Source: an uncultured Lentisphaeria bacterium | Lineage (GTDB): Bacteria > Verrucomicrobiota > Lentisphaeria > JABSQK01 > JAJFLO01 | Direction: 5' to 3' | Assembly: GCA_951812855.1 (NCBI GenBank) | Contig: OX638337.1 | Span: forward strand, 1,170,001 to 1,202,000 | Length of the DNA: 32,000 nt | Shown here: positions 17,448 through 26,619 of the stretch, piece after piece | Numbering within the stretch: the first letter of the stretch is position 1 | How the letters are laid out: every line of letters starts with the position of its first letter | The notes under the pieces: generated by a model | The model's database searches: none | What the model saw: only the letters and a program-made list of their open reading frames with translations | Told to the model about the DNA's origin: nothing | Translations under genes and position numbers: made by a program

Positions 17448-18616
17448 TTTACTTGTTGATACATCGAATCCGCTTCGATAGAGGCAAAGGTATAGCCGAT
17501 TTTCAACCGCCCCATCTCTCCACTCGCACCCAATGCCCAGGCGGTATCATTTTCGTCTGGATCAAGTGCCCGACCACGATTGTCAGTGATTCCAGTATGT
17601 CCAACTGCACCGTCAGCACCGAAATTACTGGCAAGATGTCCGAATAATTTTATTTTCATACCATCAAGTTTGATTTTCATGTGTGAATAAACATCACCCA
17701 CCTTAAAATCGAATTTATCATCAATACCAGCGGCTATGCCGGGCGGTGGATTGGTCCCAATGGTTGCAGCATCATTGAAGTAATAGTAACCACCTGCAAC
17801 TAAAAACTCTGCATCTTCAGACTTCACTTTATAGCCAACCTGAGAACCAACTAAAAATGCGTTCGCCTCGTCTCGGCCAATATGAAAAACATCATAAGCA
17901 CCTGCTGTTGCGAACAGCCCGCCAGTATTCACTGCAGCAGTCAATCCTATTGGACGAACATCACTATCCCAAAGTATGAGTGATGTCTTAAACGGATTTT
18001 TCTGTTGTCCAATTGTTAAATTAATATTTTCCCAACTATGTTTTGAATAAACATAGTCAAGTCGGAGATCACCGGTTTCAAATACACTGTTATCTGAAAA
18101 CGTATCATTAGTACTTGTGGCACCCGAACCACCGGTTGCAATGCCGACGCCTAATTCCCAGTTATCGGCTTCATTTTTCCAGACACCGCCAATTCTGAGG
18201 CGAACACGCTGTCTGTCTCTGGTTTCCTCTTTCCTTACACCACGAGTCCGTTCCTGACGTTCATATCTGAATCGTGCATCACCTTTGATCGCAAGACCGT
18301 TAATTTTTTTACCAAGTTTTACAGTCGGTGTATCCTTGATAACGCTATAGCTTTCATTGAAATCAACCATCTTTTCATCGATATCATTCAACCTGTTTTC
18401 AATAACTGATTGACTTTTATTCTTATTGGCGATTGCCTCATTGTTCTGCTGGAGTTGATTTTTCAATCCATTAATTTCTTTTTGTTGATGCTCTAATTGT
18501 GCCTGTATATCCAGGATGAGTTTTTTTAGTTCTTCAATTTGGGAATCTCCTGAAAATGCGATCTGGTTGGTAAATGTAACAAATAAAAGCGTAGCAGTTA
18601 AGTGTTTTAATTTCAT
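17264..18616 (-). CDS. outer-membrane porin, putatively phosphate-selective and Pho-regulated, with an N-terminal coiled coil
   Basis: Signal peptide MKLKHLTATLLFVTFTNQIAFS; heptad-like Q/E/K/L-rich segment (residues ~25-80); alternating beta-strand pattern ending in the C-terminal aromatic LDLVYKF. It is the first gene of the pst operon and lies behind a Pho-box array. Confidence 0.75.
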   Translation of the reverse strand: MKLKHLTATLLFVTFTNQIAFSGDSQIEELKKLILDIQAQLEHQQKEINGLKNQLQQNNEAIANKNKSQSVIENRLNDIDEKMVDFNESYSVIKDTPTVKLGKKINGLAIKGDARFRYERQERTRGVRKEETRDRQRVRLRIGGVWKNEADNWELGVGIATGGSGATSTNDTFSDNSVFETGDLRLDYVYSKHSWENINLTIGQQKNPFKTSLILWDSDVRPIGLTAAVNTGGLFATAGAYDVFHIGRDEANAFLVGSQVGYKVKSEDAEFLVAGGYYYFNDAATIGTNPPPGIAAGIDDKFDFKVGDVYSHMKIKLDGMKIKLFGHLASNFGADGAVGHTGITDNRGRALDPDENDTAWALGASGEMGRLKIGYTFASIEADSMYQQVKDSDFGYTAGMTSTDVKGHKVSVKYKLKDTLSLGSTYMDLEEISGSSREGRLVQLDLVYKF

Positions 18617-18760
18617 AATGTTTAGTCCTTATTTAATAATTTTATTTTGCAATTTTTCTATATTCCTTGTGTTTTATACTTTTTTACAAAAACAACATTC
18701 ACCCCTCCTTAAATCGAAATAAACAGTTTCTATAAAATAATTAATTTAATGTTATGATTA

Positions 18761-18814
18761 AGTATAAAAAGGAATGGTTAAATATTTATGAAGTAAATGT
18801 TAATTTTTTGTTAA
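18761..18814 (-). promoter_or_regulatory. Pho-box array (four phased hexamers) plus a -10 element of the porin-pst operon promoter
   Basis: Minus-strand reading: TTAACA-aaaaa-TTAACA-tttac-TTCATA-aatat-TTAACC-attcctttt-TATACT. The hexamers occupy + strand coordinates 18809-18814, 18798-18803, 18787-18792 and 18776-18781, an exact 11-bp period. The -10 is at 18761-18766. Confidence 0.65.
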
Positions 18815-19002
18815 TTTTTAAAATTCTAATGACTTCTGGTTGAGGGAAGAAGAGACAGGCGGGTTGTTCAAAAAGGGGTTTTGCCATTAGTAAGATCCCT
18901 TCAAGTACAGTCTAAAATCGATAGTCAAAAATGGGACTCAGTCACCATTGAAAAAATTCGTTAACCGTAATAGAAATAATCAATAAAATTTCTAACTCTT
19001 TA

Positions 19003-20847
19003 TCATGCTAAAATTAAATTTCTTGTTTGTTGAGAACGTTTTCTATCGTTTGCATTTAAAATTCGTTTTCGCAAGCGAATTGCCACCGGGGTAATTTCAA
19101 CATACTCATCATCAGCAATCAATTCAATTGCCTTTTCCAAACTATATTTTTTTGCAGGTTCAAGTTGAATTCCCTTCCCCTCACCCTGGCACCGAAAATT
19201 TGTTAACTGCTTCGCTTTAGTCGGATTAACAGGCAGATCCTGTGGTCTGGAATTTTCACCGATAATCATTCCTTCGTATACCTCTTCCTGAGGAGAAATG
19301 AATAATTTTCCACGTTCCTGAATACTCTCAAGTGCATAGGAGGTTGCTGTCCCGTGCTCCATAGAAATAAGCACTCCGGTATTACGAAATTTTATTTCAC
19401 CGCAAAACGGGGCATATTCTTTGAATAAATGGCCTAATAATGCCTGTCCGCTCGTTTTATTTATAATAAAGTTTTCAAATCCAATTAGTCCTCGAGTCGG
19501 CATTGTCGCTTCTAATTTTACAATTTTTCCCTCGTGAACCATATTTGTAATTTGAGCCTTTCGGGTTGCTAATTCCTGCATGATATCTCCCAGGGTCTCA
19601 TTCGGTAATTCCAACCAGATTTCTTCAAAGGGTTCTAATTTTTTATCGTTTTCAAAATGCAGAATGACTTCGGGTCTGGAAATAAGCAGTTCAAAACCCT
19701 CCCGACGCATGGTTTCAACTAAAACGGCTATTTGTAATTCTCCACGGGCTGAAATGATAAATGATGCACCATCTTGAGATTCTTGAAATTCCAGAGATAT
19801 ATTTGTACGTGTTTCTTTTTCCAGCCGATCCCGAATATTTCGGGCTGTAACATACTTGCCGTCCCGACCTGCAAACGGTCCATCGTTGACACAGATTTGC
19901 ATTTGAATTGTCAGTGGATCAATCTCCACAAATGGAAGGGCCGACCGGGATTCGTTATCACACAAAGTTTCACCAATGTAAATGTGTTCAAATCCTGCAA
20001 TTCCAACAATATCACCTGCGTATACTTCAACTGACTCTGCAGGTGTTAATCCTCGATATGAGAATAATTTTTTAACCGTTCCTTTTTTTAATTCACCATC
20101 CTTATCAATACAGTAAATTAGATCACCAAATTTGACGGATCCACTCCGGATCTTTCCAATTGCAATACGGCCAACGTAATCATCCCAGTCTACATTGCTC
20201 ACAAGCATTTTAAATGGTTCATCATCATAAATCACGGGTGCTGGAATGTGTGTTATCACGGTACGAAAAAGTGGATCCATATTCAGCGGTTCATCGTCTA
20301 AGTTTGTAATAGCAAAGCCTTTTTTAGCACTACAGTATACGAAGGGTGCGTTGAATTGTTCCTCGGTAGCGTTTAATTCGAGTAAAAGTTCAAGAACCTC
20401 ATCATGGACACGTTCAGCATCGGAAAATTCACGATCGATTTTATTAATTATGCAAATGAGTTTCAAATCGTTTTCAATGGCCTTTTTTAAGACAAATCGA
20501 GTTTGTGCCTGCGGGCCTTCAGCTGCATCAACAATTAACAAAACGCCATCAACCATTTTCAAAATTCGTTCAACCTCGCCTCCAAAATCAGCATGTCCGG
20601 GTGTATCAACAATGTTGATAATTGTATCTTCCCATTTTACAGAAGCGTTTTTAGAGCGAATCGTGATTCCCTTTTCTTTTTCTAAATCCATACTGTCCAT
20701 TGCACGGTCCTGAATCACTGCATTTTCCCGATAGACACCTGAAGATTCCAACAACTTGTCTACCAGGGTTGTTTTGCCGTGGTCAATATGGGCAATTATT
20801 CCAATATTCCGATACTCGTTTATGATACCGTTTTCTACTATGTCCAT
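19003..20847 (-). CDS. typA: translational GTPase TypA/BipA
   Basis: G1 AHIDHGKTTL, G3 DTPGHADFGGEV, G4 NKIDR; EF-G-like domain order; ~610 aa length typical of BipA. Confidence 0.95.
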   Translation of the reverse strand: MDIVENGIINEYRNIGIIAHIDHGKTTLVDKLLESSGVYRENAVIQDRAMDSMDLEKEKGITIRSKNASVKWEDTIINIVDTPGHADFGGEVERILKMVDGVLLIVDAAEGPQAQTRFVLKKAIENDLKLICIINKIDREFSDAERVHDEVLELLLELNATEEQFNAPFVYCSAKKGFAITNLDDEPLNMDPLFRTVITHIPAPVIYDDEPFKMLVSNVDWDDYVGRIAIGKIRSGSVKFGDLIYCIDKDGELKKGTVKKLFSYRGLTPAESVEVYAGDIVGIAGFEHIYIGETLCDNESRSALPFVEIDPLTIQMQICVNDGPFAGRDGKYVTARNIRDRLEKETRTNISLEFQESQDGASFIISARGELQIAVLVETMRREGFELLISRPEVILHFENDKKLEPFEEIWLELPNETLGDIMQELATRKAQITNMVHEGKIVKLEATMPTRGLIGFENFIINKTSGQALLGHLFKEYAPFCGEIKFRNTGVLISMEHGTATSYALESIQERGKLFISPQEEVYEGMIIGENSRPQDLPVNPTKAKQLTNFRCQGEGKGIQLEPAKKYSLEKAIELIADDEYVEITPVAIRLRKRILNANDRKRSQQTRNLILA

Positions 20848-20877
20848 TTTATTATTCTATGTTTTCAACAAAAACTC

Positions 20878-21717
20878 TTACTCCGCATTAATTATCAGAT
20901 TGGTGACTGTACATACATCCTTCATCTCAGCAACATCATGTACCCTGACTATTCTTGCACCTCTTGTGATTGCAGTGCTGACAGATCCTGCTGTACCCCA
21001 AATCCTGTCATTTAATCCAGCATTGTTCAATATATTGCCGATGAATGATTTTCGTGACGGTCCAATGAGAATGGGCCGTTCAAACTCATTGAAATGGGAA
21101 AGTTTATTGATTAAAAGCAGATTCTGGTGAACTGATTTGCCAAATCCGATACCCGGATCTAAACAAATAAAGCCTTCATCAGTACCTGCATCTCCGAGCA
21201 TTACAATTGCATTCTTAAAATATATTGATATCTCTTCTATAATATTTGTGTATTTTGTATCGTTCTGCATTGTTTTTGGGCTGCCCCTCATGTGCATGAC
21301 AATACATCCAGAATTATATTTACCGGCAATATATTTCATCTGATGGTCAGAATAAAAACCGCTAATATCATTAATAATGTCAGCACCATTATCCATGGCA
21401 ATTTCAGCAACATCCGATTTAGTTGTGTCAATGCTTATCGGAATATCAGACTGATTCCGTAATTTTTTTATGACGGGTTGAATTCGCCGAATCTCTTCTT
21501 TACTCGAAATCGATTCGGCACCTGGACGGGAAGACTCCCCTCCTATATCAATAATATCAGCACCGTCATTGATCATTTTTAAAGCACTTTGAACTGCGGC
21601 TTCTGATTCAAAGTTTTTGCCATTTTCTGAAAATGAATCCGGGGTTACATTAATAATACCCATCAGCATTATATTAGATGTTAAGTCGACACAACGCTCT
21701 TTAAATTGAAATTTCAT
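20878..21717 (-). CDS. folP: dihydropteroate synthase
   Basis: MGIINVTPDSFS, DIGGESSRPGA and GIGFGK blocks of the pterin-binding DHPS fold. Confidence 0.9.
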   Translation of the reverse strand: MKFQFKERCVDLTSNIMLMGIINVTPDSFSENGKNFESEAAVQSALKMINDGADIIDIGGESSRPGAESISSKEEIRRIQPVIKKLRNQSDIPISIDTTKSDVAEIAMDNGADIINDISGFYSDHQMKYIAGKYNSGCIVMHMRGSPKTMQNDTKYTNIIEEISIYFKNAIVMLGDAGTDEGFICLDPGIGFGKSVHQNLLLINKLSHFNEFERPILIGPSRKSFIGNILNNAGLNDRIWGTAGSVSTAITRGARIVRVHDVAEMKDVCTVTNLIINAE

Positions 21718-21739
21718 AATCGTAAAAAAGTGTGTTAAT

Positions 21740-22011
21740 GTGAAAAATTATATTCTTGATACAAATGTCCTGTTATATGATCCGTCACAGATTTTTAAAA
21801 AATCGGATCATTATTCCCCGGATTCGGCATAACTCGAAGACTGTTTTAACCAGTGATCCTGAGCAGATAGATAATCCTTAGGCTGATTCAATATCAAATG
21901 GTTTTTCTTATTTAGTAAATCGATTTCGCGATCAGGAAATTGCTGCACACAATTACGTTAACCAGGGGGGAACGCAGTAAACTTTCTGAAATCGCCGCAA
22001 ATGTGTTGTAA
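21740..22011 (+). pseudogene. remnant of a PhoH-like PIN-domain ATPase (YlaK/PhoH2-type): N-terminal ~25 aa fused to the C-terminal ~55 aa, with a stop and a frameshift
   Basis: GTG 21740: VKNYILDTNVLLYDPSQIF (PIN N-terminus), stop at 21830. From 21849 in another frame: TSDPEQIDNP-TAG(21879)-ADSISNGFSYLVNRFRDQEIAAHNYVNQGG. After a G6 run (21965-21970) the frame shifts to ERSKLSEIAANVL-stop (22009-22011). GDPxQID and GERS..LAE..A..L are the conserved C-terminal PhoH blocks. About 1 kb of central coding sequence is missing. Confidence 0.7.
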
Positions 22012-22037
22012 ACAGCAAATACTTTCCGCCGGGTTTC

Positions 22038-22097
22038 AAGCAGCTTGGGCATCTTGCCCGTGCAATAAAAATCAGCCGCAGTCGGGATGGCCGCACT
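22038..22097 (-). repeat. ~55-nt intergenic repeat element, copy 2 (inverted relative to 2580-2634)
   Basis: The reverse complement reads agtgcggccatcccgactgcggctgatttttattgcacgggcaagatgccc.... It lies immediately 3' of the aroE stop and has a small hairpin gggca-tct-tgccc at 22047-22059. Confidence 0.5.
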
Positions 22098-22099
22098 AC

Positions 22100-22936
22100 T
22101 TACCCCGCACTCAATGCTTGCCTCATAACGTCGACAGGTGCTGTCTTCCCTGTCCAGATTTCAAAGCTTTTTGCTCCTTGATGTAATAGCATGCCCTTAC
22201 CATCAACAACGTTGCACCCCATTTTTTTTGCTTCTTTCAATAACGTTGTCTCAGAATATATCATATCAACCAGACATAGAGATTCCCCCAATAATTCAAG
22301 TGGAATTGAGATGGGATCGTCGACATTAAGTCCGACGCTGGTACTTTGAATAACAACACTGACTCTTTCAATTAACGTCTTAAGTGCAGCATGTTGGTCC
22401 GGTTGTTCTACCGTGATTTTAGTATCTGCATTGAACTCATTAAGTCTTTGTTTTAATGCCTGAGCTTTACTAATTGTTCTATTTACCAAAATTATTTCTG
22501 CAGCCCCTGCATTTACAAAATGTGCACCTGCCGCTGCCGCTGCACCTCCAGACCCCCAGAACAAAAATTTTCCACCTTCAATATTAATATCAAAGGATTC
22601 TTTAATTGACATTTCTAATCCATATCCATCTGTAGAAAATCCCCATAATTTCCCATTTCTAACAGAAACCGCATTGACACTTCCTGATACCCTTGCAGCT
22701 GTTTGAATTTCATCAAGATAATCGATAATATTTGTCTTATGGGGTACAGTAACATTCCAGCCGGAATAGCCCTCTGAAACAAGATTACCAACAGTTGATT
22801 TCAAATCATTCGGGTTAGTGGGAATAAGATCGTATTGAGCATTGATGCCCAGCTTGTTAAATGCAGACATCTGCATATGTGGTGAACGTGAATGTTTGAC
22901 CGGCCAACCAATAATACCGTACTTAGATTTAGTCAT
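22100..22936 (-). CDS. aroE: shikimate dehydrogenase
   Basis: YGIIGWPVKHSRSPHMQ N-terminus, NVTVPHK, and the GSGGAAAAAG Rossmann loop. Confidence 0.9.
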   Translation of the reverse strand: MTKSKYGIIGWPVKHSRSPHMQMSAFNKLGINAQYDLIPTNPNDLKSTVGNLVSEGYSGWNVTVPHKTNIIDYLDEIQTAARVSGSVNAVSVRNGKLWGFSTDGYGLEMSIKESFDINIEGGKFLFWGSGGAAAAAGAHFVNAGAAEIILVNRTISKAQALKQRLNEFNADTKITVEQPDQHAALKTLIERVSVVIQSTSVGLNVDDPISIPLELLGESLCLVDMIYSETTLLKEAKKMGCNVVDGKGMLLHQGAKSFEIWTGKTAPVDVMRQALSAG

Positions 22937-22986
22937 GACGATTTTTTATTTTTATTAATTGAATGGGCTAAACGCTCTTTCAAAAA

Positions 22987-24912
22987 TTATCCAACACGCA
23001 CACCGGGACTGCATTCTCCATCGACTGTAAGCAATACCGATTTTTTGCCACTCTGTGCAGCAAGAAGCATCCCTTCAGACTTATTTCCGCAAATCGTCGC
23101 GGGCTTCAAATTAGATACGATAATAATAGTTTTATCAACCAAAATATCCGGTGAGCAGGATTCTGCAATTCCAGCAATAATCTGTCTCCTGCCCTTTCCG
23201 GTATCGACAACCAGTTTCAAGAGTTTTTTAGTATTTTCAACTCTTTCAGCAGTAATAATCCTGGCAGTAATAAGTTTAATTTTAGAGAAATCATCAATTC
23301 CTATTAAATTTTGACCATCAGTATCTGTTGTGATTTTCTCCGGAGCCTGTTTGTTACCCACTGATTTTTCCACAATAATTCGCGGGAAAAGTGATGGCAA
23401 ATCACCTGTTTTCGTGTTCGGCTTCAGTAATCCCCATTTCCCTGAGTCCGCTAATTCAGGTTCAAGATGATCTGCATCAACTCCCAATACCGTACGCATG
23501 ATATTCATTTTCCCGGGGATAACAGGATATAATAACACTGATACAATTCTTAATGACTCTGCTGCAGTATACAGGACAGTTGATAATCTGTCCTTATTAT
23601 CCTGTTTTGCTAAATGCCATGGTGCAGTTTTTTCGAAATAGCGATTACACGCTCTGACAGCTTTCATGACACCTTCAAGCCCCCGGTCCAGTTTCATTTC
23701 TATAAATGATATTTCCATAGTCTTAACGGCAGCAAGCGTCTCGTCCTGTAACTCTATATCATCTGCTTCCTGTGATTTCGGAGACGGAATTTTACCGTCA
23801 AAATGACGGCAAATCAGTTGGATAACGCGATTTAACATGTTACCGAGTCCATCTGCAAGATCCGTATTGTATCGGTTAATAAACGCCTTTTCGGTAAAAC
23901 TTGCATCATTACCAGGCGTCATTTCAGCGAGCAGAAAATATCGAAATGCGTCGGTACCATAACGATCACACATATTCATTGGATCAACCACATTCCCGAG
24001 AGACTTTCCCATCTTATCTTTGCCAACCAGCCACCAACCATGTGCGAATATAGATTTAGGCAGAGAAATACCAATTGCTTTCAACATAATTGGCCAATAT
24101 ACTGTGTGAGTCGTTAAAATGTCTTTACCGATAAGATGACAGGTGGCCGGCCACCATTTCTGAAATTCCGGATCGTCAGCCATAAAACCCGGTGCACTGA
24201 TATAGTTTATCAGTGCATCAAACCATACGTAGCATACATACTCCCGGTCAAACGGTAATTCAATTCCCCAGGAAAGTCGTGATTTTGGTCGCGAAATACA
24301 AAGATCATCTAACGGTTGTCTTAAAAATCCCAGGGTTTCATTTCTACGATGTGCAGGTTGAATAAAATCAGGATTATCATTGATATACCCAATTAACCAT
24401 TCCTGATGTTCACTCATTTTGAAAAAGTAGTTGGATTCTACAATTTGACCAACAGGCCGTTTACAATCCGGGCAATTTCCGCCGACTAAATCCTTTTCTG
24501 TAAAAAAACGTTCGCACGGGACGCAATAGGTCCCTTCATAATCCGCTTTATAAATTTCTCCCCGGTCATAAAGAGTCTGCAAAATTTTTGATACGATTTT
24601 TCTATGCCGTTCTTCTGTTGTCCGAATAAAATCATCGTGTGTAATATTGAGTTTTTTCCATAAATTCTGAAAGCGGATTACAGTGGCGTCACACTGTTCT
24701 ATCGGCGAAATCTTTTTCTTATTTGCTGCCTGCTCCACCTTCTGTCCATGCTCATCAGTTCCTGTCAGAAAAAAAGTCCGGCTGCCTGATAATCGATGAA
24801 ATCGTGACATAACGTCGGCTAATATCGTCGTATAAGCGTGGCCGATATGGGGTTTGTCATTGACGTAATAAATGGGTGTCGTAACATAAAATGAAGAATC
24901 TGAATCTGTCAT
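22987..24912 (-). CDS. metG: methionyl-tRNA synthetase with a C-terminal tRNA-binding (EMAPII/Trbp111-like) domain
   Basis: HIGH motif (PHIGHAYT), KMSKS variant (KMGKSLGN), zinc knuckle CVPCERF...CPDCKRP, and a C-terminal OB-fold tail ...KSEGMLLAA. Confidence 0.95.
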   Translation of the reverse strand: MTDSDSSFYVTTPIYYVNDKPHIGHAYTTILADVMSRFHRLSGSRTFFLTGTDEHGQKVEQAANKKKISPIEQCDATVIRFQNLWKKLNITHDDFIRTTEERHRKIVSKILQTLYDRGEIYKADYEGTYCVPCERFFTEKDLVGGNCPDCKRPVGQIVESNYFFKMSEHQEWLIGYINDNPDFIQPAHRRNETLGFLRQPLDDLCISRPKSRLSWGIELPFDREYVCYVWFDALINYISAPGFMADDPEFQKWWPATCHLIGKDILTTHTVYWPIMLKAIGISLPKSIFAHGWWLVGKDKMGKSLGNVVDPMNMCDRYGTDAFRYFLLAEMTPGNDASFTEKAFINRYNTDLADGLGNMLNRVIQLICRHFDGKIPSPKSQEADDIELQDETLAAVKTMEISFIEMKLDRGLEGVMKAVRACNRYFEKTAPWHLAKQDNKDRLSTVLYTAAESLRIVSVLLYPVIPGKMNIMRTVLGVDADHLEPELADSGKWGLLKPNTKTGDLPSLFPRIIVEKSVGNKQAPEKITTDTDGQNLIGIDDFSKIKLITARIITAERVENTKKLLKLVVDTGKGRRQIIAGIAESCSPDILVDKTIIIVSNLKPATICGNKSEGMLLAAQSGKKSVLLTVDGECSPGVRVG

Positions 24913-25248
24913 TTATTTTCTAATTTTTTTTTCGGGTTTAAGCGAATTGCCGTATTATCATCGACGATTAATATTGTAAGATTTTTATCCATGGCAGAAC
25001 CTGCGGCACTTTGAGATTGTTTGAAAGTTAATCAAGTTAAAATCACCCTATAATTATCAGTTATTTATCATATTTCAAAAAATTTAAGGTCCCCTGGAAA
25101 AATTAATTCATATTCCCGTGAATAGAAAATAATCGTCCATTGAAAGATTTGATTCTTAATGGTAACATTATCGGTCTATGCTACAGAATGAACATCATCA
25201 GGCAGTTTTCTGCAACAGGTATGACAAACCCTTGCTGAGGCAAAGAAA

Positions 25249-26619
25249 ATGAACACAACGATACTGATCATCGCAGGAATTACAGGATGCTGCAGCGGCG
25301 CCGGATTTGTCTGGCTTTTTATGCGTTCCAGAACAGCGATTTTAAACGACAGGCTTTGCCAGATAACAAAAGACAAAGAAGACGTATTAAACAGTCTCGT
25401 CGAAAAAAGCCAAAGCGTTAATCAACTAACGACGAAAGTTACAACTTTAGAAACAACGCTTGCCTTTGAACAAGAAGCAGCTGAAGAAAAAATACAATTA
25501 CTGAATAAGACCACTGAAGAACTGAGAACAACCTTCAAAGCGTTATCATCAGATGCGTTAAAGAGTAATACAGCGTCATTTCTTGATCTCGCTAAATCAA
25601 TGTTTGACAATTATCAGGAACAGTCGAAGAAGGAATTTGAACATAAAGAAAAATCAGTTGAGGGACTTGTAAATCCACTTCAGGAATCCTTAAAAAAGGT
25701 ATCAGCTCAGGTTGAAGAACTGGAAAAGTCTCGTCAAAAAGCATACGGAAGTCTGTCGGAACAAGTTAAATCTCTGGTGACGACACAGGAAAAGTTACGA
25801 TCTGAAACGACTAACCTGACCAAAGCACTTCGGTCACCGACAGTACGGGGAAGATGGGGGGAGATTCAATTAAAAAGAGTTGTCGAAATTGCGGGAATGA
25901 TACCCTATTGTGATTTTTCAGAACAGCAATCTCAAGACGCCGAAGAGGGTAAGCTTCGACCGGATCTAATTGTCAAATTACCGGGCAATAAAAATATCAT
26001 TGTTGATGCGAAAGCTCCCTTAAAGGCCTACCTGGACTCCCTGGACAGTGCTGATGAAAATCAAAAAGCAATTCTTTTAAAAGAACATGCACGGCATATT
26101 CGAGCTCATATCACCCGACTGAGTGCTAAAGCCTATTGGGAACAATTTGACGCAACTCCCGAATTTGTTATCATGTTTTTACCCGGAGAAACATTTTTCA
26201 GTGCTGCACTCGAACAAGATCACAGTATTATTGAAGAAGGTGTTAATCAGCGTGTCATTATTGCTTCTCCAACAACATTAATTGCCCTGCTTAGAGCTGT
26301 AGCCTATGGCTGGAGGCAAGAGCGAATCGCTGATAATGCACAGGCAATAAGCAGCCTGGGTAAAGAGCTTTATGAACGGTTGTGCAATTTAACGGATCAT
26401 TTTATCAGTGTCGGAAAACATCTCGACCGTTCTGTTGAATCATATAATCGTGCAATTGGCACCTTAGAAAAGCGAGTATTAACCTCGGCACGACGTTTTA
26501 CACAACTGGGGTCCGGATCAAAAGAGGACATTCAATATCTTTCAACAATTGAAAAATCCTCTCGGGATATCCTGTCACCCGAATTACGTGAACCTGGTGC
26601 ATCAACTCCCGATGAATAA
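25249..26619 (+). CDS. rmuC: DNA recombination protein RmuC
   Basis: N-terminal TM, a long coiled coil, then the conserved RmuC nuclease-like core (RGRWGEIQLKRVVE, VDAKAPL, VIMFLPGE). Confidence 0.9.
   Translation: MNTTILIIAGITGCCSGAGFVWLFMRSRTAILNDRLCQITKDKEDVLNSLVEKSQSVNQLTTKVTTLETTLAFEQEAAEEKIQLLNKTTEELRTTFKALSSDALKSNTASFLDLAKSMFDNYQEQSKKEFEHKEKSVEGLVNPLQESLKKVSAQVEELEKSRQKAYGSLSEQVKSLVTTQEKLRSETTNLTKALRSPTVRGRWGEIQLKRVVEIAGMIPYCDFSEQQSQDAEEGKLRPDLIVKLPGNKNIIVDAKAPLKAYLDSLDSADENQKAILLKEHARHIRAHITRLSAKAYWEQFDATPEFVIMFLPGETFFSAALEQDHSIIEEGVNQRVIIASPTTLIALLRAVAYGWRQERIADNAQAISSLGKELYERLCNLTDHFISVGKHLDRSVESYNRAIGTLEKRVLTSARRFTQLGSGSKEDIQYLSTIEKSSRDILSPELREPGASTPDE

Noticed and set aside
18860-19002. 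Terminator downstream of typA
   Set aside because: The only candidate is a 5-bp AAGGG/CCCTT stem with a ~19-nt loop before a T-run, which is too weak to call.
20246-20713. 155-aa + strand ORF, and similar long antisense ORFs (7560-7880, 10029-10352, 11666-12100, 15433-16088, 19580-20034, 22892-23314, 27609-27944)
   Set aside because: All lie entirely inside well-supported genes on the opposite strand and have low-complexity Ser/Ile/Phe-rich composition with no motifs. They are typical shadow ORFs.
22001-22186. 61-aa + strand ORF (MCCKQQILSAGF...)
   Set aside because: It spans the tail of the PhoH-like remnant, the intergenic repeat element and the antisense of the aroE 3' end. It is Cys/Pro/Trp-rich with no motif, and I consider it spurious.
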